64,000 bases of DNA from Patescibacteria group bacterium (GTDB lineage: Bacteria; Patescibacteriota; Minisyncoccia; RBG-13-40-8-A), in assembly GCA_043807255.1 (NCBI GenBank), contig JAZDGD010000004.1:14057-78056 (forward strand), given 5' to 3'. Positions 9,477 through 17,893 of this stretch are shown piece by piece. The translations under genes and the position numbers were made by a program. Position 1 is the stretch's first letter. Every line of letters starts with the position of its first letter. Under the pieces are notes generated by a model. The model worked only from the letters and a program-made list of their open reading frames with translations, was not told the DNA's origin and did no database searches.

Positions 9477-10545
9477 ATATCGACCACAAAAATTTTCTGA
9501 CGTCGTTGGGCAAGAACACGTTGTGAAAACTTTAATCAACGCAATTAATAATAATAAAATTGCGCATGCTTATTTATTTGCGGGTCCACGAGGCACGGGC
9601 AAAACAACAATTGCTCGTCTTTTAGCGAAAGCAGTGAACTGCACCGACAAATCTAGTTATGAGCCTTGCAATAAATGCGAATCCTGTGTAGAAATAATGG
9701 AGAATCGGGCGATGGACTTGATTGAGATTGATGCTGCCTCAAATCGTGGGATTGATGAAATTAGGGAATTGCGCGAGAGGATTAGGTTTGCGCCAACACA
9801 TAGTAAATATAAGGTTTTTGTGATTGATGAAGCGCATCAATTGACTAAAGAGGCATTTAATGCGCTCCTGAAGACCCTAGAAGAGCCTCCAGCACACGCA
9901 ATCTTTATTTTGGCTACAACCGAAGCGCATAAGATGTTGCCGACGATTCTGTCACGTGTACAGAGATTTGATTTTAAAAAACTTTCATTGGCCGATGTAA
10001 TAAAAAAGTTAGAAATTGTCTCTAAAAAAGAACAAATTAAAATTAGCGACAAAGCATTAAGAATTATCGCTTTAAACTCGGAAGGATTTATGAGAGACGC
10101 AGAAAGCATGTTAGGACAGGTGATTGCGTTTAGTGGAGACAAAGAAATTACGATTGAAGACATCGAACATATTTTAGGAATTGTAGATATTAATTTGGCA
10201 ATTAAACTTGTAGAAATACTGGCAAAAAAAGATTCTAAAGAAGCATTGTCGTTTATTGATAAATTTGTAAATCAGGGTCTTGATTTGGTGCAATTTACAG
10301 AATCTTTAATAAATTATTTTAGAAAATTAATGCTTTTAAGGGTAAGTAATGATTTGTCAAAACTAATTAAGGAAGAATTAAGCGCCGAACAATTGGGTAC
10401 GGCGATTAAACAAGCAGAACAATTTTCTTTGCAGGAACTGTCCAAAACCATTGAAATTTTAATTCAGACGTTGTATGATATGAAACGTTCATCTTTCCAG
10501 CAAATAAACATGGAATTAGCGGTAGTAGAAATCTGTAACAGATAA
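9448..10545 (+). CDS. dnaX: DNA polymerase III subunit gamma/tau, short form (domains I-III only)
   Basis: MENNLAIYRKYRPQ...GPRGTGKTT Walker A, zinc module CNKCESC, DEAH box VIDEAHQL; 366 aa from the likely start. Confidence 0.85.
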   Translation: MENNLAIYRKYRPQKFSDVVGQEHVVKTLINAINNNKIAHAYLFAGPRGTGKTTIARLLAKAVNCTDKSSYEPCNKCESCVEIMENRAMDLIEIDAASNRGIDEIRELRERIRFAPTHSKYKVFVIDEAHQLTKEAFNALLKTLEEPPAHAIFILATTEAHKMLPTILSRVQRFDFKKLSLADVIKKLEIVSKKEQIKISDKALRIIALNSEGFMRDAESMLGQVIAFSGDKEITIEDIEHILGIVDINLAIKLVEILAKKDSKEALSFIDKFVNQGLDLVQFTESLINYFRKLMLLRVSNDLSKLIKEELSAEQLGTAIKQAEQFSLQELSKTIEILIQTLYDMKRSSFQQINMELAVVEICNR

Positions 10546-10547
10546 AT

Positions 10548-10572
10548 GTTCGGAGGTGGAACCTCCGAATAT
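10548..10572. terminator. ttcggaggtggaacctccgaa hairpin (a second copy is at 49318-49341)
   Basis: perfect inverted repeat immediately after the dnaX stop. Confidence 0.5.
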
Positions 10573-10618
10573 TATAAATTAGAAGATTATTTTAACAATT
10601 AATTGTTGAGTTTAGTCC

Positions 10619-10689
10619 TGCGGGATCGTCTAATGGTAGGACAATTCCCTTTGAAGGAATCGATTTTGGTTCGAATCCAAATCCCGCAG
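10619..10689 (+). tRNA. tRNA-Gln (anticodon UUG); CCA is not encoded
   Basis: hand-folded cloverleaf: acceptor tgcggga/tcccgca, anticodon loop ctTTGaa, T-arm tttgg-ttcgaat-ccaaa; flanked by a perfect 11-bp extension gagtttagtcc/ggactaaactc. Confidence 0.75.
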
Positions 10690-10803
10690 GACTAAACTCG
10701 AACGAAGCTATTAATTTAGGTCCGAATCCTAGCCCCGGAACAAGTTAATGCATTAAAAATTCGGTTGCGATTATTCGCACCGATTTTTTTATTGATTTTA
10801 TGA

Positions 10804-10840
10804 AGAAATACCCGAGGTCTGACCTCGGGTATTTCTTCGA
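10804..10840. repeat. 37-bp perfect palindrome gaagaaatacccgaggtctgacctcgggtatttcttc (CCGAGGTCNGACCTCGG family)
   Basis: the same core atacccgaggtcagacctcgggtat recurs at 49397-49421; the core alone is at 32135-32155, 32876-32896 and 36159-36177. Confidence 0.8.
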
Positions 10841-10908
10841 TACCGCAAAACAAAAGCAAGTGAAAAAAGAGCCACCTTGCAGCAAACCTGCAAAGTGGCT
10901 AGATGTTT

Positions 10909-11469
10909 CTAATTTAGAACGATAAGTTCTTCTTGTGGGTTGACTCTGATAACCCCATCAAAGCCATCGGAATCAATTTGTGACGCGTATTTATGGAAAA
11001 CTTCATAATCGTGAGCAGGGTCATTTTCCGAAAAAAATGTAAGTCCTTTTTCTCGTCGCGTTTTCATTTCTTTTATTTTTGCGATTTCGGGCTTTTTCCA
11101 AAACCATAAATTTACGGTCTCGAGTGGCGTTATAAAGTAAAGAGCTATAATGTGAGTGGCACCATACTGCCTCAGCTTGCTAATGAAAAGTTTTCGTTCT
11201 TTACTTTCGACTGTCCAGGAGTCAAGAATCAACTTAAGTCCTGTTTGCGTTGATAGTTTGCGTCTCAACAGGCGATACATGATTTCTTGGGCAAAGTACA
11301 GCATTCCAGTATGGGGGTCTGTATCAATCGCACCAAATAAACGTAAAAGGATTTCATCGCGACTTACCGCAGACAGTCCGGGTTGATTTTCGATAATACG
11401 TTTGGCATAATAACTTTTACCAGATCCCCGTTGGCCAATTAGTAAATAAACGGTGTTATCTTTTTTCAC
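10909..11469 (-). CDS. P-loop kinase (AAA_33 / zeta-toxin / polynucleotide-kinase-like)
   Basis: Walker A GQRGSGKS near the N-terminus, Walker B-like ILDSW; 186 aa. Confidence 0.5.
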   Translation of the reverse strand: MKKDNTVYLLIGQRGSGKSYYAKRIIENQPGLSAVSRDEILLRLFGAIDTDPHTGMLYFAQEIMYRLLRRKLSTQTGLKLILDSWTVESKERKLFISKLRQYGATHIIALYFITPLETVNLWFWKKPEIAKIKEMKTRREKGLTFFSENDPAHDYEVFHKYASQIDSDGFDGVIRVNPQEELIVLN

Positions 11470-11601
11470 AAAAACCTCCTCTTTTGCAATGTAATGAACT
11501 AGTTCGCATGATAGCTGTTATTTAAAGATTAGTCAAACATTTAAAAAACTCGGTTGCGATTAATCGCGCCGGTTTTTATTTTAATTTTTAAAACTTGACA
11601 A

Positions 11602-11632
11602 AATATATAGATATGCTATAATTATAATGTAG
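11602..11632 (+). promoter_or_regulatory. consensus sigma70-type promoter TTGACA-16-TGCTATAAT
   Basis: cttgacaaaatatatagatatgctataat lies upstream of the 11675 gene. Confidence 0.55.
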
Positions 11633-11674
11633 GACAACGGTGTTCTATAATTTCAAGAAAGGAGACCCATACGA

Positions 11675-12106
11675 ATGGGCGTACTGTCGGAACAACTTTT
11701 TAGGGTGGGACTGCTTTCAAAGCAACAACTTTGTAAGCAGCAGGCAGAGGAAATGTTGGTAGAAGAGCAAAACCAACAGACCAAATTTGCTCAATTTGCC
11801 CAAAAAGGTGCGAAAGGCGGATTCACGGAACTGGATCAGACCACGAGCATGCATGAATTCAAACTCGTCGCCAAACAGCTTTTGCTGAAGAATCCGTCCG
11901 AGATCCAGGTCATCATTCAAAAAGCACATCGCTTTAAGAATGCCGACCAGGGCAAGAAGTTCGTTTGGTTCTTTTATCAGGTACGGGACATTCTGAAGAG
12001 ATTGTCCGCTGAAAAACGCGAACAATTTCTAAACAGGGCATTCCGTCGATCGGGATCGACATTGGAAATCCCTAACGAGATTTCCGAAGAAGATTCCGAG
12101 GGCTAG
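11675..12106 (+). CDS. hypothetical protein (143 aa), GC-elevated, with a strong SD (aaaggaga)
   Basis: ORF with RBS; GC visibly higher than its surroundings; followed by a 7-codon mini-ORF with its own RBS and a terminator. Confidence 0.5.
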   Translation: MGVLSEQLFRVGLLSKQQLCKQQAEEMLVEEQNQQTKFAQFAQKGAKGGFTELDQTTSMHEFKLVAKQLLLKNPSEIQVIIQKAHRFKNADQGKKFVWFFYQVRDILKRLSAEKREQFLNRAFRRSGSTLEIPNEISEEDSEG

Positions 12107-12271
12107 GGCAATCTCTTTCATTGAAAAGGAGGAAAACAATGAAAATGAGAAAGGTCCGGTGAAGCGCTTCGCTAAATAGTGGAGCGCTTACTTTTTTTAT
12201 TTTGATTTAATTAGGATTTTTGGTATAATAAAATTACAGGTTAAAACATAACAATTAATTAAAATAAATTT

Positions 12272-13036
12272 ATGCCATTTCTATTATTTATTGTAATTTT
12301 GGTAGTTTTAGTTATATTGAGCTCGATTAAGCAAATTAATCAATATGAAAAAGGAATTAGGTTTACGATTGGAAAATATACTGGAATGATGAATCCGGGT
12401 TGGCGTTTAATCTTTCCAGTTTTTCAGTCATATCAGAAAGTTGATTTAAGAGTAAAGGCGGTTGACGTGCCAAATCAGGAAGCAATCACTAAAGATAATA
12501 TTTCTGTTAGCGTTAATGCGGTTATTTATTATAAAGTTCAAGATGCTTCCAAGGCAATTTTGGAAGTTGAAAATTTTTATTATGCGATTTCTCAATTAGC
12601 ACAAACAACAATGCGAAATGTTGTTGGTCAGGTTGATTTAGATGAATTGCTTTCCAAAAGAGATAAAATTTCAGAAAACATCAGAAGTATTATTGACTTA
12701 GCAACTGATCCGTGGGGAATTAAGGTTGATAATGTTGAATTAAAAGATATTGTTCTTCCAGAGGAAATGAAAAGAGTGATTGGTAAACAAGCAGAAGCAG
12801 AGAGAGAAAAGAGGGCAATTATTATTAAAGCAGAGGGAGAGGTTTTGGCAGCGGACAATATGGCGAAAGCAGCACAAACATTATCGGGTGCCAGTGGTGC
12901 ATTGCACTTACGAACACTGCAATCAATTAACGATATTAGTTCTGATCAATCCAATACAATTGTTTTTGCGGTGCCATTGGAAGTTTTACGAGCTTTTGAA
13001 AAAATAGGCCAAAAACCAGAAGACAAAAAAGAATAA
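12272..13036 (+). CDS. SPFH/band-7 (stomatin-like) membrane protein
   Basis: N-terminal TM helix followed by an SPFH domain (…VDLRVKAVDVPNQEAITKDNISVSVNAVIYYKV…). Confidence 0.85.
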   Translation: MPFLLFIVILVVLVILSSIKQINQYEKGIRFTIGKYTGMMNPGWRLIFPVFQSYQKVDLRVKAVDVPNQEAITKDNISVSVNAVIYYKVQDASKAILEVENFYYAISQLAQTTMRNVVGQVDLDELLSKRDKISENIRSIIDLATDPWGIKVDNVELKDIVLPEEMKRVIGKQAEAEREKRAIIIKAEGEVLAADNMAKAAQTLSGASGALHLRTLQSINDISSDQSNTIVFAVPLEVLRAFEKIGQKPEDKKE

Positions 13037-13044
13037 ATAAAACC

Positions 13045-14253
13045 ATGCACATCTTAGACGATTTAAAATTTAGAGGACTATTAAATCAATCGACTGATAT
13101 TGATGTTTTGAGTAAGCGACTGGAAAAGCCGTGTGTTTTGTATTGCGGATTTGATGTAACAGCTGATAGTTTGCAATTGGGTAATCTTTTACCTTTGCTT
13201 ACGCTAAAAAGATTTCAATCTTTCGGTCATCAGCCAATCGCGCTTTTGGGCAACGGCACAAGTTTGATTGGCGATCCCAGTGGAAAAAAATCCGAAAGAA
13301 TTTTAAATACCAAAAAAACAGTAGACACTTGGTCCAAAGACATTAAAAAGCAAATAGAAAAAATCGTTTCTATTAACGGAAGAGGAAAAGCAAGGGTTGT
13401 TAGCAATATTGATTGGTTGGGAAAAATCAAAATGATTGATTTCATTCGCGATATTGGCAAACACTTTTCTGTGGGCATGATGCTTGCCAAAGAATCAGTT
13501 AAATCGCGTATTGAGGCGGGGATTTCTTTTACAGAATTCAGCTATATGTTACTTCAATCGTATGATTTTTTACGTTTGCATCAAGATTATAATTGTGAAC
13601 TTCAAATTGGTGGTAGTGATCAATGGGGGAATATTACGGCGGGCGTAGATTTAATTAGAAAAATATCTCAAAAAGAGGTTTATGCTTTAACTATTCCATT
13701 GATTACCAAGTCTGATGGTTCGAAGTTTGGTAAAACCGAAACTGGCGCAATATGGCTCGACGCCAAGAAAACCAGTCCTTATCAATTTTATCAGTTTTGG
13801 ATTAATATTGAAGATAAAGACGTAATTAATTTTTTGAAATATTTTACATTTTTATCACATGAAGAAATTTTGAGATTAGAGACCGAAGAAGTTACAAAAA
13901 ATCCTCAAAATAGAGTTGCACAAAAAGTTTTAGCCAGGGAAGTAACAAAAATGATTCATGGAGAAAAAGAATTAAAAAAAGCAGAGGAGATTACCTGTGC
14001 TTTGTTCGGGGGAGACATTAAAAAGTTTTCAGAAAAAGACATTGAAAATGCCTTTAAGGATATGCCTTATTTCGAAACAGAAAAAAAAGAACCAATTGAT
14101 ATGATTAATCTTTTGGTTGATGCAAAAATTTCCGAATCAAGAAGACAGGCGAAAGAAGATATTGAAAATCATGCTATTTCTACCTATGAATTTAATAAAT
14201 GTATGATTGTCCGCAGAGGTAAAAAAAATTACTTCCTGGTTAAGTGGAAGTAA
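13045..14253 (+). CDS. tyrS: tyrosyl-tRNA synthetase
   Basis: class I motifs (GFDVTADSLQLGNL ~ HIGH region; KFGKTE ~ KMSKS) and a C-terminal S4-like domain. Confidence 0.9.
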   Translation: MHILDDLKFRGLLNQSTDIDVLSKRLEKPCVLYCGFDVTADSLQLGNLLPLLTLKRFQSFGHQPIALLGNGTSLIGDPSGKKSERILNTKKTVDTWSKDIKKQIEKIVSINGRGKARVVSNIDWLGKIKMIDFIRDIGKHFSVGMMLAKESVKSRIEAGISFTEFSYMLLQSYDFLRLHQDYNCELQIGGSDQWGNITAGVDLIRKISQKEVYALTIPLITKSDGSKFGKTETGAIWLDAKKTSPYQFYQFWINIEDKDVINFLKYFTFLSHEEILRLETEEVTKNPQNRVAQKVLAREVTKMIHGEKELKKAEEITCALFGGDIKKFSEKDIENAFKDMPYFETEKKEPIDMINLLVDAKISESRRQAKEDIENHAISTYEFNKCMIVRRGKKNYFLVKWK

Positions 14254-14274
14254 TAAAAAATACTAATTTTAAAA

Positions 14275-14609
14275 AAATAAAGGGTTTCTTCTGCCGACCG
14301 GCAGGAGAAACCCTTTTTCTGTCTCTTTTCTAAGGTCACGTGGACCTTGTTTGAGGGGCGTATCTCCTCGTTGACGATTCCCGAAGGAATCATTTTGGGT
14401 GATAAGCCGAGGGTCCTAAGACCCGTTCCTCTTTTGCCCTTACCTTAGGGCGAGATCCTAGAATGTACATCTACGCAAGCAAACAGTACCCTCCTCTCTT
14501 CCTTTGACGGGGCAGTGGGACTTTACCGAGTGCCTCAGATTTTGACAATCAAATTGTCGTTACCCTCCTTTCGGTGGGATGAGATGTTTGATCACCTCCT
14601 CTCAACGCT
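14275..14609 (-). ncRNA. GC-rich structured ncRNA candidate (about 330 nt) of unassigned family; it has rnpB-like short motifs (GGUAAAGUCC, GGUAAGGGCAAAAGAGG, CGGCUUAUC) but is too short for a canonical RNase P RNA
   Basis: roughly 50% GC in a roughly 35% GC genome; extended -10 promoter TTGACT-16-TGCTACAAT on the minus strand (plus coordinates 14616-14643); ends at the bidirectional terminator; no ORF; three GGAGG motifs in the transcript. Confidence 0.45.
14281..14320. terminator. bidirectional terminator aaagggtttctcctgccggtcggcagaagaaaccctttt, with an A-run and a T-run on the two sides
   Basis: perfect long hairpin flanked by A/T runs; it ends tyrS on the plus strand and the antisense ncRNA on the minus strand. 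Confidence 0.7.
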
Positions 14610-14699
14610 ATTTAAATTGTAGCAAAATTTATGTAAAAGTCAAATAGAATCTGGGGATAACTTATTGATTAAGCATTTAAGTTGTGATAAGATATTTTT

Positions 14700-15860
14700 A
14701 TGGAGAGGAAGCGAACAACTTTCTTTATTTTAATAGCCGTGCTAATCGGCGTAGTTATTGGTATATTCGCGTGGAGAATCCTATCACCAAAATTGGGCGT
14801 GGGGATTTTTTATTACAGAATCGATAAAGATAAGGCCAATATATTTTTATTAAATGGACAAGGAGAGGGCGAAAAAGTTGTTTCAATTAATGGCGAAGAG
14901 GTTGAATTGGGAAAATATAGAGCACCACGACATTCTTTTGTGTCTTCAGATAATCGACAATTAGTTTATTTTAAAAAGACCAGAACGGAAGCGATTCAAA
15001 ATATTGGTAACGATTTAGTTGCAAGCAGAATTTTTTATGAACCAATTTTAATTAATTTAAAAACTGGCACAGAAAAGAAAATAAATCAAACCATTGATTC
15101 TGCGTCTTTGCTTTTTTCTCCAGACAGCAACAGTATTGCTTGGACGAAAGAGGTTCAGGGTTCAACTTATCAAGAAATAGAAACAAGTAATCAAAAACGA
15201 GAATTATGGATAAGTCGTGCCGATGGAGAAAATGCCCAATTATTAATTAGTTTCGATGAAAATGTTGTGTTGTTGAAGCGTTGGTATGATAATTATATAT
15301 ATTTTCAAGGAATTTTTGATGTAAATACAAAAAGCTTGGGCAGGGTAAATATTGAAACAAAACAAATCGAATATATAACCCCTCAGGGTTGTGGCGAGAA
15401 TTTGACTAATTGTCAGAACTTTAGTTTTTCTTTGACGGGGAACCTATATCTCTATGAAATTTATAGCAAAAAAAATGACAAAGAAATTACAGAATTATAT
15501 TTAGGAAGCTTTGATACTAAGGAATATAAGCCAATTTTAACCACAGATAGAATTAGTGACAAGATTTGGTCTGATAATGAAAAAGAGTTTTTTTATACCG
15601 AACAAGAAACAATCGATAACCAAAACGTGAAAGAAACCATTCATTTGGTTGATTTATATAAAGAAACAGATAAAAAGTTGTATTCAGGAAGCTATATTAG
15701 TCAATTAGGATATGAAGATTCTAGTAATTATTTATATTTTCTTGAAAAAGCAGAAAGCGATGTAATAAATACATTTGAAATTATTAGACTAAACATTAAA
15801 AGTCAAAAAGCTGAAACGGTTTTAACGGACAATTACAATAACATTTTGATTATACAATGA
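14700..15860 (+). CDS. hypothetical membrane-anchored protein (386 aa)
   Basis: N-terminal TM helix; Tyr/Asn-rich repeats suggestive of a beta-propeller; no catalytic motif recognised. Confidence 0.45.
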   Translation: MERKRTTFFILIAVLIGVVIGIFAWRILSPKLGVGIFYYRIDKDKANIFLLNGQGEGEKVVSINGEEVELGKYRAPRHSFVSSDNRQLVYFKKTRTEAIQNIGNDLVASRIFYEPILINLKTGTEKKINQTIDSASLLFSPDSNSIAWTKEVQGSTYQEIETSNQKRELWISRADGENAQLLISFDENVVLLKRWYDNYIYFQGIFDVNTKSLGRVNIETKQIEYITPQGCGENLTNCQNFSFSLTGNLYLYEIYSKKNDKEITELYLGSFDTKEYKPILTTDRISDKIWSDNEKEFFYTEQETIDNQNVKETIHLVDLYKETDKKLYSGSYISQLGYEDSSNYLYFLEKAESDVINTFEIIRLNIKSQKAETVLTDNYNNILIIQ

Positions 15861-16999
15861 TGTTAAAATTTCCTGATAAATTTTATTGGGGCACAGCAAC
15901 ATCGTCATATCAAGTTGAAGGAGGAATAAAAAATGATTGGTCCCGCCTCTCCGGCGGGCAAGCTGTTGCAGGCAAGAATTATGACGCAGGTTTGGCTTGC
16001 GACCATTATAATCGGTTTGAAGAAGATTTCGACTTAGCAAAATCAATGAATAATAACGCCCATAGATTTTCAATCGAATGGGCTCGAGTTGAACCAGAAC
16101 AAGGCAAATTTGACCAACAAGAGATTGAGCATTATAGAAAAGTTATTTTAGCCCTGAAACAACGTGGGTTAGAACCGTTTGTAACTTTGTATCATTGGAC
16201 TTTGCCAATTTGGTTTGTAGAAAAAGGTGGATGGTTAAATAAAGATGCGCCCAAATATTTTGAAGAATTTGTTGGAAAAGTCGTATCAGAATATAGGGAT
16301 TTGGTTAAATTTTGGATTACCTTGAATGAGCCGAATATTTATGCGTCACATGCCTATTTGCAAGGTAATTGGCCGCCATTTAAAAGGGGCTTAAATAATT
16401 TTAATAAGGCGATGTTTCAATTGGTTGAGGCGCACAAGCTTGCTTTTAACAAAATTCACGAAATTTCTAATCATGCACGGGTCGGTATCGCATCAAACAA
16501 TATTTGGTATAGGGGAATTATAAAATTATTTTTAGATTATAGGTGGAATTATTGGTTTTTTGACAAAATAAAAAATTGTCAGGATTTTGTGGGAGTAAAT
16601 TATTATTTTAGCAATTCTTTATCAGATTATATTTTTAGTCGACCCAAAATTACAGATTTGGGTTGGAAGATTGTTCCCGAAGGGGTTTATCGCGTTTTGG
16701 TGGGCGTGAAAAAATACAACAAACCGGTTTACGTTTTTGAAAATGGTTTAGCCGACAAAAATGACACGAAACGAGAAAAATTTATTATCGATCATTTAAA
16801 ATGGATACACAAAGCAATAGAAGACGGGGTTGATGTTAAAGGATATTTTCATTGGTCTTTAATTGATAATTTTGAATGGGATAAAGGTTTTGGTCCAAGA
16901 TTTGGCTTGATTGGTATTGACTATGAGGATAATTTAAAGAGAATTCCTCGCCCAAGTAGCAAGATTTACTCTGAAATTTGTAAAAATAACGCAATATGA
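15860..16999 (+). CDS. glycoside hydrolase family 1 (beta-glucosidase-like), short form
   Basis: FYWGTATSSYQVEGG, the TLNEPN acid/base motif and the VFENGLA nucleophile motif. Confidence 0.8.
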   Translation: MLKFPDKFYWGTATSSYQVEGGIKNDWSRLSGGQAVAGKNYDAGLACDHYNRFEEDFDLAKSMNNNAHRFSIEWARVEPEQGKFDQQEIEHYRKVILALKQRGLEPFVTLYHWTLPIWFVEKGGWLNKDAPKYFEEFVGKVVSEYRDLVKFWITLNEPNIYASHAYLQGNWPPFKRGLNNFNKAMFQLVEAHKLAFNKIHEISNHARVGIASNNIWYRGIIKLFLDYRWNYWFFDKIKNCQDFVGVNYYFSNSLSDYIFSRPKITDLGWKIVPEGVYRVLVGVKKYNKPVYVFENGLADKNDTKREKFIIDHLKWIHKAIEDGVDVKGYFHWSLIDNFEWDKGFGPRFGLIGIDYEDNLKRIPRPSSKIYSEICKNNAI

Positions 17000-17889
17000 T
17001 TACTTGGATTTTAATTTTAATTTTAGCTCATTTTTTTTATAGCTTGGTTTTTTTATTAGATAAATATATTCTTTCTGCACCTAAATCTAATCCAATTACA
17101 TACTCTTTTTATGTTGGAGTAATGGGAATAGTAATTTTGGTTTTAATTCCTTTCGGATTTATAATGCCAAATCGCACAGAAATTTTTTGGAGTTTAGTTG
17201 CTGGCATTTCTCAAATTGCAGCATTTATATTTTTTTATAAGGCATTAAACAGTGGCGAAGGAGAGGTTTCTAGAATTGTTCCTTATGTTGGTGCAATCAC
17301 TTCGGTTTTTGTTTTATTTTTTAGCTCTCTAATTATAAAAGAATTTTTAACAAATCAACAAATAATAGCTTTTGTTTTATTGGTTTTGGGGAGCTTAGTT
17401 ATAAGTTTTAAAAAGAATAAAGTTTTTGGAAATAAAATTTGGTGGATGGCAAGTTTTGCTGCTTTATTTTTTGCGTTGTTTTGGGTAACCACTAAATATT
17501 TATTTTTAGGCACCAATTTTATTAGTGGTTTAATTTGGGTTAGGGTCGGGGTGGCAATAATTGCGCTTACATTGTTGCTTTCAAAAAAGAATAGAAAAAT
17601 AATCTTCTCAGAAACTAAACAATCTAAACCAAAAACAACAGGGTTTTTTATGTTGGGTAGGATTTTAAATGTTGCAGGAAGCTTGTTTATATATTGGGCT
17701 GTGTTTTTGGGAAGTGTTTCAATTGTTAACGCCTTACAAGGGCTTCAATATTTGTTTGTGTTTGTTTTAGCGTTATTATTATTTAAAAAAATACCAAGCA
17801 TGAAAGAACAATTTGGCAAAGAATTTCTTGTTCAGAAAATTATTGCTATTGTTCTAATTTGCACTGGACTTGGTCTTTTGGTAATATAA
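16996..17889 (+). CDS. DMT/EamA-like transporter
   Basis: about 10 predicted TM helices in two repeated halves. Confidence 0.5.
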   Translation: MITWILILILAHFFYSLVFLLDKYILSAPKSNPITYSFYVGVMGIVILVLIPFGFIMPNRTEIFWSLVAGISQIAAFIFFYKALNSGEGEVSRIVPYVGAITSVFVLFFSSLIIKEFLTNQQIIAFVLLVLGSLVISFKKNKVFGNKIWWMASFAALFFALFWVTTKYLFLGTNFISGLIWVRVGVAIIALTLLLSKKNRKIIFSETKQSKPKTTGFFMLGRILNVAGSLFIYWAVFLGSVSIVNALQGLQYLFVFVLALLLFKKIPSMKEQFGKEFLVQKIIAIVLICTGLGLLVI

Positions 17890-17893
17890 AATT

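Noticed and set aside
9430-10545. dnaX as a truncated pseudogene
   Set aside because: The ORF is intact, with all N-terminal clamp-loader motifs and a clean stop followed by a terminator hairpin. Short gamma-like DnaX forms are normal in reduced genomes.
10700-10760. A second complete tRNA gene downstream of tRNA-Gln
   Set aside because: Only a T-arm-like hairpin plus a 3' acceptor-like strand is present. No D-arm, anticodon arm or 5' acceptor strand is present, so it is treated as a remnant.
14275-14609. tmRNA, 6S RNA or SRP RNA as identities for the GC-rich ncRNA
   Set aside because: No tRNA-like domain (no GGTTCGANTCC T-arm, no CCA-proximal acceptor pairing), so not tmRNA. Too long and lacking the central-bubble architecture expected of 6S. 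No GGAA-tetraloop/AGCAGCC domain IV motif expected of SRP RNA. Only loose RNase P-like motifs remain, so the family is left unassigned.
14603-14616. GATCACCTCCTC on the plus strand as the displaced 16S 3' tail
   Set aside because: It lies 27 kb from the 16S on the strand opposite to the only detectable promoter. It is embedded in a pyrimidine-rich structured region with several other CCTCC runs. The match is noted but is most likely a coincidence.
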